DNA of 64,000 bases from Salpingoeca rosetta (GCA_033442325.1 JAWQFM010000008.1:1051194-1115193), one strand, 5' to 3'. Shown: positions 1 through 14,489, numbered from the stretch's first letter. Numbers and translations are program-made. The notes: generated by a model not told the origin, from the sequence alone.

Positions 1-77
1 AGCACAGACACAAGCACAGACACACAGACACACGCACGCACACACACCGACACAGAGACACACACACGCAAACGCAC

Positions 78-285
78 TTTTCCAATCGTCGCAGCAAACT
101 TCGCCGTATTCACTGTAGAAGGAGATGCAGCCAGAGGTGCTCTTGGTACCCGTGCGCTCATCAAAGCAGTGACACTCCTGTCAAGCGAAGAAGTGGGGAG
201 GGGGGAGGAACACGATTGGGTGAGGCATCGTCATAGGCGTGGGGTGGTCGGTGGAGCAGGGTGTGCACGACAAGATGAAGTCGCA

Positions 286-359
<74 letters not shown>

Positions 360-1853
360 GGCGAGTGATTACCGAGTATGGCGGGGAGTAGAGGTGCAGG
401 CTGACGGCGCGTCGGCTATGGCTTGTGTTTGACACGCGGTGTGTGCCAATCTTATCTGCTCCAACAACAACGATCAGCAAAGGCATCACGACAAATAGGC
501 GTCGGCAACGCAAGCATGTATGAGAGAAGAGAATGCACATCGCCAACATGTCACACATTGCAACCGACAGCAGCACGGCGACAAAAAAAACAAAAAAAAA
601 AAACAGGCGTTCCTTCGCATTACGCACCGCTGATATAGAGGACACCATCGCGATCATGAGCTGCCTCCACGAGCGGTGAAAGCGTCTCTCCCTCCTGTGC
701 ACACAGCACACACACACACACATATGGTGCCACACAACAAGCAGTGAGCAATGAGCAGTGAGCAATGAGCAGTGCGCATACACACACGTGCAGACAGACA
801 CACACACACATGTACGTACACACACACACACCGATATACAGACAGACACGTCGGCAAAGGGGAAAATCCTTTTGCATACAAGCTGACCTTGAGGTCGTGT
901 GGCGGGCCAAAGAGTTCCTCCACGAGGTTGCCGTCAAGGATCTTCATGAAGCAATGCGACCCCGCGTGGTCGTGGATGGAACTGAAGTGGAGACAGGGAC
1001 ACAGGCAGGCAGGCAGGTACCCATGGAGACGGTCAACAGAGCAGAGGATGGATCCAATAGCAGTACCCCATTTGACGGGCAACGACAACACACAGACGCA
1101 GACACATGCACAGGCACAATTACGGCCAGGAATATGTACCTTGCTTGCCCCATGTCCCAGCAAAGGAGCATGAGGTTGTATTTGCCGTTGCCGCTGTCCA
1201 CGAGATTCCTCGTGTAGCTGTTGTAGGAAGAAAGCATGCATGTGAGACAGCACCACGACAGCAAACACAGAAAAAGACGCACAAGCACACAGACATACAC
1301 ACATACTCAGCAGTAATGACATGGCGCGTGAAAAGTCACAACCGCATCCACCTCATATCCCATACCAGTGGTCGTCAAAGTGGGCAAACTGCTTCCAGTC
1401 CTCCGTTCGGGACTTGTACCTGTGCAGCGGCAGCAAGCATACGAGCAAGCACGTGACGTGAGTGAGATTCTGGCCATGAACTGCTTTGCTTGGCTTGAGG
1501 CAGTGGGAAGCACACGCTGCCTCTCTTCACTCGTCTGCCTTGCCCAAGTTTGCACACGCGTCATGCATGCGCATATGGCATGCTTACGAGTTAAGGATGC
1601 TGTGGATGTGTTCAACGGACACGCTGTCTTCATCCAGCGCCGTTCTCAGGTCCTGGAGCATCTCATCCCAGGTGCGGGACTCCTTCTCCACTCGTGCACC
1701 GCTGCTGCTGCTGGGGGACGAGGAAGTCGCCTGGGATGGCTTCATCATGCTTGCACGCATGTCTTGAGCGCAGGGCTTGGTCTGCATCTGCATCGTCGGG
1801 GTGGCCTCCATGGCGGTGGACATGGAGGGGGAACCTTGATCGTGGTCAGTCAT
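78..1853 (-). CDS. CDO1: Cysteine dioxygenase type 1 (multi-exon; 3' end probably runs off the left edge)
   Basis: Spliced exons give ...EHIHSILN / [17 protein letters not shown] (~1366-1420) / [24 protein letters not shown] (~1140-1217) / [25 protein letters not shown] (~890-985) / [27 protein letters not shown] (~375-455) / [10 protein letters not shown] (~78-177). These are the hallmark CDO motifs: the 3-His iron site and the Cys and Tyr of the crosslink. Confidence 0.95.
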
Positions 1854-2371
1854 GGTGTTGCTGTTGGTGGCTGTCGTTGCTGAGTCAGAAGGCGCGGTTG
1901 TGGTGGACGAGTGAGTGTGTGATCGCCGTCGTGGTTGAAGAAAATGGACGGACGTGAGACACGATCGATTGCACGATTGTTATTTTGTCGTGGCAGCGAT
2001 GATTCCTTGATCTTGTGCTGCGAGTGTCGTTGTTGTTTAGCTTGGGAGTGTGTGTTTGACTTGTTGCTTCGCTGCTTTGGTTGCGGTTTTTGTTGAAAGC
2101 AGTTCTGCGCGCGGGGGTGTCTCGCTAGACCGCGTGTACGCTGCGCAAGCGTGGGTCGGGTTGAGGCAAGCCAGTGCAGTGCAGTGCAGTGCAGTGTATG
2201 TGTGTTGCTGTTGCTGTTGTTGTTGTTGTGCATGCACACCCCCCACCACGACGAAATCAGCAGCAGCAGTGCAGACGAAGAAATGGTGGCGGGGAACGGA
2301 TGTGCCATAAGCAAGCTGCGCAGAACGCACCAGCACATATGGAAATAGACACCATAAAGTGTAGTAGCATG

Positions 2372-2488
<117 letters not shown>

Positions 2489-2904
2489 AACGTGCGCTCT
2501 CATCGCAAGCTAGCTCGCAAACAAGCAAGCTACAGTCCCCTCTTTCAATAGTCGTGTATGGACAAAGAGGTAATAGAGTTAAGAGGTGTGTGTGTACATG
2601 TTCAAACAAGCTAGAAGAAGTCAGCGTTGTCATCATCAGATAATAGAGGCCGCGAGTCGTCACGAGTTGCCAGTCGTGGCATCGGACCCACTAGTCAGTA
2701 TCGCCACCACTGTCGTCGTCCGTGTCACATGTGCCTGCCACATGATGTCGTGTCACGCATGGCATGTCAGTCCACAACAACAACAACAACAAAAAAAGAG
2801 GGTGGAATACGGGCAAGGAAGCCGGGAAGGACAAAATGACCCAAGAACAACAACAGCAAAGAGGGTGCCATCGGTGGTACTCTGATGACACGGTTGTGCG
2901 AGGC

Positions 2905-2947
<43 letters not shown>

Positions 2948-3112
2948 CTTAAACGACAACAACTTAAACAACGACAACTTAAACAACAACAACTGAAACA
3001 ACAACTGAAACAACAACTGAAACAACAACTGAAACAACAACTGAAACAACAACTGAAACAACAACTTAAACAACAACTTAAACAACAACAACAACTTAAA
3101 CAACGACGACAA
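2905..3112. repeat. (CAA)n microsatellite grading into a 12-bp tandem repeat AAACAACAACT[G/T]
   Basis: Directly visible tandem units with no spacers. This repeat produces the spurious LKQQ-repeat ORF 2885..3325. Confidence 0.9.
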
Positions 3113-3145
3113 ACACGTGTTGGTGGCATGCAAACAGGGCAGCAC

Positions 3146-3582
3146 CTTCAAAGTGTGGGCGACGAGAGGATGGTTGTCTCCGGGCAGGGCTGGCGGACCC
3201 CAGAGATGTTCCGCGCACTTCATGATCAAACGTTAACAAGGTGCATATGGTACAAGGATGAGTGCGCGATGTCTCTGGAGGGGTGGGGGTGGCGAGAGGA
3301 GCTGGAGGTACAGGAATGGCGGTGAATCACGCGCCCGGTGAACACAACACGCAGACACATACACACACAGACACATACAAACACACACACACAGACACAC
3401 ACAGACACAGACACACTACATACACGCACGCACGGTGTTGGATGAGGCCTTGGACGTGGTACTCGTCGAGTTGACTCTGCAGCTCAACGTTCTGCCGTTG
3501 AAGCGCAAACAGCTCCTGGTCTTTCCGGGATATCCGGTCCGAAAACTCAACAATCACTGCACAGATGCGCGTGATTGTGTGA

Positions 3583-3617
<35 letters not shown>

Positions 3618-3999
3618 GTGTGAGGAGGGAGCTATGGTGTTTGCACCGCTCAAAGCAGCACCACACACATACACATGCACAAATGCACACACTCACACGC
3701 ACACAAACATACACGTTCAACCATGCCCATGTTCAAACATACATACAAACATGCACACATGCACACCTTCTGAGGCCTCTGCAAGTTCGTCCTTCAACGC
3801 GAGCATGCGCTCGTTGCGATCGGCCAACTTGGCCCGCAGGTGGCGCACCTCCTGCCGTGCGCAATGAGAAAGAACAAAACAACAAAGGGGGGGGGGCATG
3901 GGGGAGATGAGCGAGAGGCGTGAGGAGTGAATACATGTATGACAGAGTGTGCACTCATGAGCGCAAGCAGGCAGGAAGACACGTATCCAGAATGTACAG

Positions 4000-4031
<32 letters not shown>

Positions 4032-4432
4032 ACAGACACAAACGAACCGCTGTGAGGGCGTCGGTTGTGGCGGTGTGTGCGGTGGACCTGACACTGCTGG
4101 TCTCCGAAGGGGAGCGGTCTGCACACTCCTCCCTGCGCCTTGCCTCGCGCACGCTGAGCCGGGGTGTTGGCGGTGTCGGCTGCAGACGCGGCCGGCGACG
4201 CAATGGGGCCGGCGTGAAAGCAGTGCCATCATCATCAGCACCACCCTCACCCCCATCCTTGTTGTCATTGTCATTGTCGCCACCGCTACCCTGGCGGGAT
4301 CGTGCGCGGACAAGCTGCTGCCTGAGGACGCGCAGCTGCTTCTGCAGCGCGCCGATGTCGTCGTTGGCCTGGTCGATGATCGTGTGCTTCTCCGCCTCTC
4401 GCTCGTGCAGCCGCTGTCGCAGGTCCTCAATC

Positions 4433-4465
<33 letters not shown>

Positions 4466-6757
4466 GTGCGTGTGTGTGTGTGTGTGAGCGAGAGAGCGTG
4501 TGTGTGTGTGTGTGTGAGCGAGAGAGCGTGTGTGTGTGTGTGAGCGAGAGAGCGTGTGCGCGCGCGTGTGTGTGTGGTTGTGGTGAAGCAAGTACAAATC
4601 ATGTTGCTGTCATGAAAACACACTGTCACCGCCACCAATGTCCACCGTCACGCCCATCAAACTAACCACGTCCTCATACTCCTTATGCATGGCCTCTATT
4701 CTGTCTGTGAGCTCCTGAATTTCGTCCTCTTTCTCCCGCACGGTGTGCTGCAGCACAATATCATCTGCCATGAGAATGCTCCGCCGGTAGCTTGATGGGT
4801 TCCCTGTCGAGTCCAGCAGCAGCTCGCACGCCCGCTGGAACTCGTCCCACGACCAAACCCCATCCTGGCTGCAGCGTGCCGTGCGTGTGTGTGTGTGAGT
4901 GTGTGTGTGAGTGTGTGTGTGAGTGTGTGTGTGAGTGTGAGTGTGTGTGAGTGAGTGGAATGAGTGAGTGAGTGAGTGAGTGAGTGAGTGGAATGAGTGA
5001 GTGAGTGAGCGAGTGGAATGAGTGAGTGAGTGAGCGAGTGAGAGGGTGTGTGAGAGGGTGTGTGTGTGTGAGGGTGAGAGGGTGAGAGGGAGAGTGTGTG
5101 AGAGTGTGTGTGTGAGTATGTGAGGTTACAGAAGTGCACTACGATTTGAACCTTGTCCAGCCAACACGATAACTGCACGTACTCAAAGTCAAGGATGTCG
5201 AGGACGCGCTTGGCGTGGTCCGTGGTCACGTGGCGCGGTGCAAACACGCCATCTGCACAAACAAGCAACAACACCATGCCGTGAATTAACAAGGCCATAT
5301 GTCGACAATTGCGACAACACTCACTCACAACAATACACACACACTCACTCACAACACGCGCACACGCACGCACACACACACACACACACACTTACGTGGG
5401 TGCATGTCGTCTGTTGGCGACAAGAGTTGGGAGATGAGGGCCTTGACACCGGTAACATTGATGCCTTGAGACATGCCCGTCCCCGTCACGGCCTACGATC
5501 AAGTGGGAAGCAAGGAAAGAAGGACGCAAGGAGGCAGGCAGGACGGCGACGTGATGACCCTCTGCAGTCAGCAACGAAAGCAACTTGTACGCGACACAGC
5601 TTCACACACACACACGCACACAGCTTCACACACAGACACACACACAGACACACACAGACACACACAGACACACACAGACACACACAGACACACAGACACA
5701 CAGACACACACACAACGCTTTGTCGATGGTGCGCATGAGAGGCAGGTGTGAGAGGGTGGCAGGCGCGCATTTCGAACATAGTTGGAGCGTTCATTCATCC
5801 CGTGTTCGTACATGGGAGAACATGGCCCGGGTTGCCTTCCGTTTCAGCATGGCGTCGTTGGTTTTCGTCGTTTCCAGCTCCTGCTGCGAGCTGCGCGCCA
5901 ACGAGTCACTGTTGGTCGCGGTGGGTGCAGTGGTGGTTGTACGGCCACGCATGGTTTGCGTCAAAGCGGAAGCGAGCACACACACACACACACACATATA
6001 TGCATATGCTCAAGTGTTCGCGCGCATGAGATGGTGGGTGCAATGTGCGGGCAGCCAAGCGTGCGTGTGTGGTTGCTGGGATGATGATGGTTCAGAGCTC
6101 TCACTTCAAACGCCCTCACGTCATCACGTGCTGTTCGGTGTAGCGTTGGCTGGTTGGGTGATGTGTGTGGTGGTGGTGTGTGCTCGTGTGTGTGTGTGCT
6201 CGTATGCGTATGTGTGTGCGTTGTGACTTGTGATGTAGCGACTTATTCGTTTGTGGGTGCTCTGCATGTTGTGGGGGGTGTGGTGTGGGAAACTTACTGG
6301 ATGGAGGGAAGCTGCCGCTTTCTGCGCCTGTTTCCGGGAACGTCGTCCTGGCCGTGTGGCGGTGACTCCTGGTTCGGATCCTGGACCTTCTTGTTCTGTT
6401 GCAACTTTTCGCTGGGACTGTGCTGTTGCTGTTGCTGTTGCTGTTGGCCTTCTTGTTGTTGGAGGGGCCTTTCCGGTGTGCTGTCGGGTGCGTCTTCCTC
6501 TGCCGTAGCGTCGTCGTCGGGCGGCTGCAGGAGCCCAGAGCCCCTGGCGCGGCAGCGTTGGAACAAAAGGAACGTGGCGTGTGCGGGAGTGAGTGTTGTG
6601 ATGCACACACAAGGCGCGCAGCGCCAACCACACAAACACGTTTGCACAAGCTGTACCACACATGCACACGCACACACACACACACAGAGTTGTACACCAA
6701 CCAACCAACCAACCAACCAACCGACCAACCAACCAACCTGAATCTTGACCCGAGCAT
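3146..6757 (-). CDS. EF-hand + coiled-coil protein (multi-exon; 3' end uncertain)
   Basis: Phase-consistent splicing from ATG 6757 gives MLGSRFR/GSGLLQPPDD...LPSIH/DSLARSSQQELE...RAMFSH/AVTGTGMSQGINVTGVKALISQLL/HGVFAPRHVTTDHAKRVLDILDFD/QDGVWSWDEFQRACE. DFDQDGVWSWDE is a canonical 12-residue EF loop. Heptad-rich exons follow: EKEDEIQELTDRIE, IEDLRQRLHEREAEK, EVRHLRAKLADRNERMLALKDEL, KDQELFALQRQNVELQSQLDE. Confidence 0.7.
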
Positions 6758-6988
6758 CGTCGTCGTTCGTGGTCCGCCAACCACCAAAGTCGCCAGTCAC
6801 GTCAACTGCTCCTCTCTTCTTTCGTGTTGGGTTGTGTTGGGAAGACCACTCCTCCCAAAGCCAAAATTGACTTTTTCAGTTGAAAGAAGGCAAAGTTGAC
6901 CTTGGAGGAAAAAGGAGAGGAAGTGGAGAGCACACACAACGCACAACGCACAACGCACAACACAAGCGAGAGAGCAAGGAGGGACATC

Positions 6989-7474
6989 ATGGGTGGAGTG
7001 GACAGCAGATTAAGACGGCAAGGGAGAGGTGGAGGTGGAGGTGGTGGAGGGCGCCTTGTGGTGAGCGATGACGAGGATGAGGATGACTTGATTGTCGTGA
7101 CACAGGAGGAGACTGGTACATGGTCCCTCATCCAGTCCCGAAGCGTGGACAACGAGGAAATCACCATCTTCGAACACAACCCCGCGCTCGCCGCCAAAGC
7201 ATCACCGTCGTCCGCAGTCAGCAAAGCAAGCGTCCTAGAGATGATTGACAACGCACGCATGCGCTTCAGGTCCTTGCGCCACCCTTTCCTGGTGAAAATG
7301 GAATGGCAGCAGGTCGACGAAGGCGTCATCAGCATCGTCACCGAACCCCTTCTGCCGCTGCGGCAAGTCCTGCCCACCATGTCTGAGGGCGAGGTTCTCC
7401 AGGGCATCTCAGAACTCGCCCAGGCCCTCAACTTTCTCAATGAGGTACAAAAATGGATTCTTCGCGGCTTGTCC

Positions 7475-7532
<58 letters not shown>

Positions 7533-7569
7533 TGTGTGTGTGTGTGTCTGTGTGTGTGTGTGTGTCTGT

Positions 7570-7603
<34 letters not shown>

Positions 7604-10600
7604 CTGTGTGTGTGTGTGTGTGTGTCTGTCTGTGTGTCTGTGTGTGTGTGCGTGTTTGTTTGGGAGGGGGGCAACGCCGGCAGTGCCATGGTTTGGAAAA
7701 AAACGAACTGTCATGGTGTCTGCCACTTGCCTGATATGCTCAGTGTGTGACCGCGTTTCCCGCGCATGTGTATTCGCTCGAAAACGTGCTTCACTGGCCA
7801 CTTTGCACACACATCAAATTTGTTACGTCGTGCACATATGTACATTCACACACACATGCGCGCGCACCCATGCGCACACACGCGCACATGCTAACGCTCA
7901 ACGTGCACGTTTATTTTCAGGTGACCAAGTTGGAGCACGGCAATTTGGTGTGCGACGCGGTGTTCATCTCAAAACACTCATACACGTGGAAGCTGGCCGG
8001 CTTTGAGTTTTGCAGACCAGCTGTAAGTTCCTCCAATCAACCTTCCTCTTTCCACGTTGTGTCTGCTCTTCGGCTCCGCAGCATGCTGCCCACATGTGTT
8101 TTCAGCGATCATTCGTGGTCGCAAATGACTCACCAACAGCCCATCTCGCACCCACACGTCGCGTCCACAGGATTCGCCCAACGACGCCGCAGGCTTGCAG
8201 ACCTTGCTTCAGGAGCTGCTGGAGCTCGCACCAAGCCCAAGTGCGTTGGTGCGTGCGTGCGCGCGCGCGCGCGTGTGTGTGTGTGCAATACGTATCTTGT
8301 GCGCGTGTGCGCATTCATTGGTAAGGCTGTTTCGGCCGCTTGGCGCTGTTGGAGCAACGTATACCATCCATGTACGTCGTAACACTTCCCATCACGTGTC
8401 ACCTCTCCCCTTCCTCCCGGTATCATGTTGTCTGTGCAGTGCCACGCGTGCAGCGTGTGCTTGAAGACTTGCAGCGATCTTCTCGCATCAGGGTAAGGTG
8501 CACTCCGGCGCTTTCTCTCACCCACCCACCCACACATATTCACACTGCTTTGCTGCCTGTTCTGGTTCACGTCACTGCAACCGCCATGATCACCACAGTC
8601 ATTGATTCACATGATGAACACCTCACGTCCCGTGCCTTTGCTTGATCGTTTACGCTTTGAATACCATTGTAGGACCTGCAGCACAACAAAACCATTGCGT
8701 ACGTATGCTCTTGCCAACATGTGTATGTGTGTGTGTGTGTTCGTGTGTGGAAGGCGTGGGCGTCATTAACTCGTCCTTTTGCTCACACTCTCCATTTTCG
8801 ATTCTTACACGACCGCCGTGCCTCTGCTTTGCGTTTGCTTGGTGCTGTGCAAACCATCAGCGATGACCCGCTTGTGTCGTTGCTGCGAGACATTTCCGAC
8901 TTTTTCACATTCGACCACCAGCACAAGCAATCTTTTCTCAAGTGCGTGAGTGTGCAGTGTGTGTGCGTGCGGGCGTATGTGTGTGTGTGTGAAGACGTGC
9001 CGTGGTGCGCATGTATCTGTATCCTTATGTTGCTTACCTACTCGCTCCACCTTTGCGTCCACCACCACCTCCTCCTCTACGCCACCACCACCACCTTCAC
9101 CACCGGTGCCTGCAGGTTGCTGTGTGCGCGGCTGTCGGCGGTGCCTGTGCTGCCTGCTGTGCGTCGCGTTGCCCTCGGTGCTCTCGCCCGCGCCCCGCAT
9201 ATGGCCGACCCGTCCATCCGGGCAGCCATCATCGCCACCCTGCACCGCACCCCACCGGCAGACACCAACGACAACACACGCACTGCACTTCGCCTGTACG
9301 TTTGCCGTGCATGTCACCCTCTCGTCTCTTGCACGAACAGATGCAGGCTGATGCATCACTGCTGTGATGAAAGTGCGGACCGCCATACACTCACACACCC
9401 TTTCGTGCTTGTGTGCGTGTGTGTGTCTGTGTGTGCGTGTGTGTCTGTGTGTCTGTGTGTGTCTGTGTGTGTGTGTGTGTTTGCAGGGCGTTGCGGTCGC
9501 AGGTTCCCCGTGTGCTGCTGCGGGTGGATGCTGCTGCCGTTATTGTCCTCGGCCAGTGCTTTGACGCCATTGCCTCACTCCTCCCGCGCGCTCGCGTCAA
9601 CAAGTGCGCCCGCCTCTTCCAACAGGGTCCGTGACGCTTTGGCCTTCATCAAAACTGCTTGAGTCTGTTTCTATGTATGTGTGTGTGCATGATCTGTCGC
9701 TGTAACTGACGACCACCCACCACCACCACACATGTCACACACCACCACCACCACCACCACCACCACCACAACCACCACTACCACATCACCACCACCACCA
9801 CTATTCAACCGGCCAGGCCTGCGGGATCTGGACGACGATGTTGTGCTGTCGTCGCTGCTCGGCCTCGCCGGATGTGTTCGCGTTCTCGGCGGTGCTGTCG
9901 TCTCACCGTCACGAAAGCGCGTCTTCCTCCCGTGCATGCAGGTGCGATAGTGCGCACGCGTGGGTTGGTCTTTTGGTCTCTGTGTGTATGTGTGTGACTG
10001 TTAGTGATATGCTGCGCATCATCGTGTTCAGGTGCACATGCTCAGACCCAAGCAGTCTCCCCTCACAACCACCGTGACACCACCACTGTGACATCACCAG
10101 CCGCGGTCTGGGTCAGCGCCGCCAGCCTCTGCGTCGCTGTCGGCATCACACATGAGCGCAGCATCAACAGCGACCACCGCCACCGCTGTCACAGCACCGC
10201 ACTCCACGCCGCCACCGCCCTCCCTATCAGCAGAAGTAGCATCAGGCCCGCCCCACACGCCATCGTCAGCAGCACGCGGAAGCAGCGACGATGGTGGTGA
10301 TGATGGCGATGGCAAGAGTACTGGCAGTGGCGGTGATGTGCAGCGAGGTGATGGCGGCAGCGGGCGAGGTGGACTTGCTCTAGGGCGGAGGGGGCAATCA
10401 GCAGAGGAACGTGAGGCTCGCCGACAGGAGCGGTTGGTGCTTTCTTCCATGGTGTTCCACGTTCCTTTTGTCGCCCCCTTGATTGAATCGTGTTGCACAT
10501 TGCTGCTGTTGCTCTTCCTTCCTTCCTTCCTTCCTCCCTTCCCTCCCTTCCTTCCTTGGCATTGTTTTCTGCCTCCTTCCTCACTCTCTGCCTCTCTTTC

Positions 10601-11371
10601 TTCACCTTCCATCCCTTCTTCTGCCTCTGCTTCTCTTCCTCCAGTCTTCACCTTCTTTTATCTTGTTCTCCCCCGCCGTCTCCCCCCAGTTCCCTTGTCC
10701 CTCTCTCCCCCCCCCCAAACCATGCGCGCAGGCGTTTCCAAGGCTGTCGTTGTCACATGTGTGCATGCCATACGCCTCTGGAGTCAACGGCGCGCTAGAA
10801 CAAAATGAGCTGATGCATGCACTACCTATGCATTGCGTCATGCGTTGTGAAGGATTGTTGTGCGGGGTAACCAGTGTTACTGTGCTGCGCAGTCCTCTCA
10901 CGTTTTCAGCCGTCCTTTCGTTCCTATCCTTCATGATTTCACTTCATCATGTGTTTCTGTTTGAATGTTGAATGGACGGCACAATCCCCTTCCTCCTTCT
11001 CTTCCCCCATTTCCTCTTCTATCGCTTCTCCTCTCCCCTTTCCTCTTGCCCTTCCTCCTCCTTCACTTCTTCCTCTTTCCAACATCAAGCAACTTGGCAG
11101 GCTCTGCCCCCTTTTCACAGACACACACACACACACACAGACACACACACACACACACACACAGACACACACAGACATGCACAAACATCCATCCACACGC
11201 GCTCACCCCAACACCCTTGATTCTGTCCCCTTGCCTTGTCCCCACGGCTGCTGTGTATTCTGGCTGCGGACATATTGTCCGGCTAGGCGCCGCAAGAACC
11301 AGGAGCGACGGGAGCGTTTGAAACGCCAGCGCGAGGAGGCAAAACGCGCACGCGAGCTTGAACAACAACAA

Positions 11372-11422
<51 letters not shown>

Positions 11423-12124
11423 GGGGAAGGCAGCGGGAGTGATGGCGACCGCGCTCATGGAGATGGTGGTGGTGATGGTTGGGGCAACGACGACTCTGAC
11501 GATGGATGGGAGGACTTTGATGATGTGGAGCCCACAACTACAGCAACAGCAACAGCAACAGCAGTAGCCGGGTCAGCGCGCGCGCAGCGTGGTGATGGTG
11601 ATGGCGACGTTAAAGGGGGAGTGCAGAGGTCACCACTCGCACATGCTGGCAGCAGTGGCGTTGGCCATGGTGGCTGGTCGGATGATGGCTGGGATGCCGT
11701 TGATGATGACAGCACGACTGACGCGAAAACGGACGAGGGTGCGAAGCAACGCGGTGGGGAGAGGGTGATGAACGAAGCAACCGCGTGGGCATGGGGTGAT
11801 GGCGATAATGATGCCACTGGCGTTGGCAGTGGTGCGGCTGACAGTGGGAAACACAGCGGTAGAGTTGCAGCGTTGGCAAAGCAGAGCAGAGGGGCAGCAT
11901 CGGGACCAAGCCGCGACACAAACGACACTGACGATGGCAACAATGATGATAACGATGGTGATGGTGATGATGGCGATGGCGATGGGTGGGGTGATGACAA
12001 CTGGGGTGATGATAGCGACGACGACAACACTCGTGACACCACGACGACCACGACAACCACCAGCAGCAGAGCAAGTGGTCAAGCATCATCTGTGTCAACC
12101 TCAGCATCGACAAACCAGTCAGTT

Positions 12125-12155
<31 letters not shown>

Positions 12156-12898
12156 AGCATGCTAGGGTGCACGGTACTGAAGGGCAGCCGCCGTCACCGT
12201 CGGCAAAGCCGCAAAAGAAGCGAGGAATGGCGCTCAAGCGAACAAAGAAGACAAAACCGACGCGCAGTGCGCCAACGCAAGAGCAGCAGAGACAACAGGA
12301 GAGGGATGGTAGCGGTGGGATGGCCACACCAGAACCGCGAGGAACTGTGCACGCTGGCAACAACGACGGCATACAGCAGAGCAGCGCACCAACCGTCCGT
12401 ACGGCGCGCGATGAGACAACCACAGCAGCAGCCAAGGCGGGCATCAACGCGAACGCGAACGCAATGCAGCAACCAGAGCAACAACAGCAACACCAAGGGG
12501 AGGAGGAAGAGATTGACCTGTTTGCAGATCTCGGTATGGAGTCTACGGCTGCCCGCGCACGAGCAGCAAACGGTGGTGTAGTGGCGGCAGCGCCACTAAC
12601 ATCCTCCAAGGCCGCGACAACACCAACCGCACGAACACACGCGGCAAAGGATAGCGCGGAGGACAGCGTGACGAAGGATAGCAGCAAGGATAGCGGTAGG
12701 ACTGCCCACTCGCTCGAATTGCTGCACGGCGCCAAGCAAGACGATGACATTGCGCGTATGATGGCTGACTTTGACACGTGGGACAGCGATGGCAGCGATG
12801 GCGGCGGCGGGGTTGTGTCCATTGGGCAACTCGAAGGCGACGAGAGCGAGGTGGCAGGATGGGGCACCGATGACGATGATGACTTGGATGATCTCTAG
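6989..12898 (+). CDS. SCYL3: SCY1-like pseudokinase, SCYL3/PACE-1-like, with myristoylation motif and long acidic low-complexity tail
   Basis: MGGVDS fits the MGxxxS myristoylation consensus. The kinase-like fold reads RFRSLRHPFLVK...IVTEPLLPL...GISELAQALNFLNE/VTKLEHGNLVCDAVFIS...WKLAGFEF, without HRD or DFG. HEAT-like exons (DDDVVLSSLLGLAGCVRVLGGAVV...RKRVF) precede a terminal exon with DGW/WGDD motifs that ends at TAG 12896-12898. Confidence 0.85.
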
Positions 12899-13345
12899 CG
12901 TGCGCATGGGAATGCGTGCGTGCGTGCGTGTGTGTGTGTGTGCAAATGTGCGTGTGTGTGTGTGTGCATAGGACGAAACCGTTGAAGCACGTGCGCTGCT
13001 GATGTCGTTGGTGTAATCATTGACTGACAGCGTAGACATGCATCCAATACACAGACAAGCACGGGCATGATGCAAGGAGCGAGGACAAGCGAACGCGAGG
13101 GAGCCGACCAAGACGATGTGCAAAGCTGCAATGACGATATGCAAACATGTGATGGCCCTGCAAAGAGCAAGTGCGAAGCGAGCAGAACCAACAAGCAAGC
13201 AAACAAGCAAACAAGCAAGAATAATCGAGCGCTAGAGACCCAAGAGGCGATGTGATTCAATTACAGGCTGCACCTGAGCAGCCTCGCCGAGGCAGTGTGT
13301 GTGTGTGTATGTGTGTGAATGTGTGTGTGTGTGTGTGTTGAGAGG

Positions 13346-13541
13346 TCAGAGGAAGACGACGCCGGCGGTTGTGAGGACGACGCCGCTCAGGACGAGTTCG
13401 GCGGTGAGGACGCGGCGGCCTGCAGCGGCGACAACGCAGGCGGTGGTGGTGAGGGGACAACACACTTGAAGTACAGCTCACACGCACACACGCACGCACG
13501 CACACACACACACACACGCACGCACACACACACGCACGCAG

Positions 13542-13585
<44 letters not shown>

Positions 13586-14422
13586 CCATCCAACCTGTCT
13601 TGGTTGCGAAGAGAAATGCGATGGATGACGCCGCCAGCAGCTGGTGTGTGTGTGTGTGTATTGGTCGTGTGTTGATGTGGCGTATTTCATGAGGCGCAGG
13701 AGAAGAGGCTGTGTAAGAGACATGATAACGACGGCATGATGTAGACACGCAAGAACAACAACGCATGTGCATGCAGGCACACCATTTGTCCTGCGAGGGT
13801 CCATGGACGTTCACACAATTCGTATTGCGGGCCGTCAAAGCCGTAGCCCTGATGAAAGCGCTGCATCAGCCTGTGGGATGTGTGCGTACGCAGATGTGCG
13901 GTGTGTGAGTTTGCGTGTGTGCGTGTGTGTGTGAATACTTGTGTGCGTTGGGTTGCGAGCGTCAAGTACAGGCATGTTTGCATACACGGCACGCCAACAA
14001 CGACAATAATACGCACGCTTCCTTCTCCTCGAATCTCTTCCGAAGCCATGCATCGATATCAGCAGCATTCTGCGCGGCCGTCATGAACACCAACATGTGT
14101 ACGGGTATTTGAGTGTGGGGCTGGTGTGAGTTGCACACGTGACACGACAAAAAACAAACCACAGGCAGAGCACAAATCATACACAGCACACAGCACGGCA
14201 TGTGGAGCGAGTCACCGCACGTGTGGAAGATCTGCGGCGCGGTGGCGGCGGACGTGGATGTGCACGTGGTTGTACTCTCGACCAACCGTGCCTGCAGGCA
14301 CGAGCAGCAAAAACAAATGGCAACAAACGGTTTGAGGAGTGAGCTTCGGCTACAAAACTTTGCAAGGTTGATGCAAGCAACATCGTCGGGGTCAAACGCA
14401 GCTACTCTAAGGGAAGTAGAAA

Positions 14423-14489
<67 letters not shown>

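Noticed and set aside
2885-3325. 146-aa QQQ/LKQQ-repeat ORF on the + strand
   Set aside because: It is explained by the 12-bp tandem repeat, lies antisense to the 3' region of the EF-hand gene and has no other coding signal.
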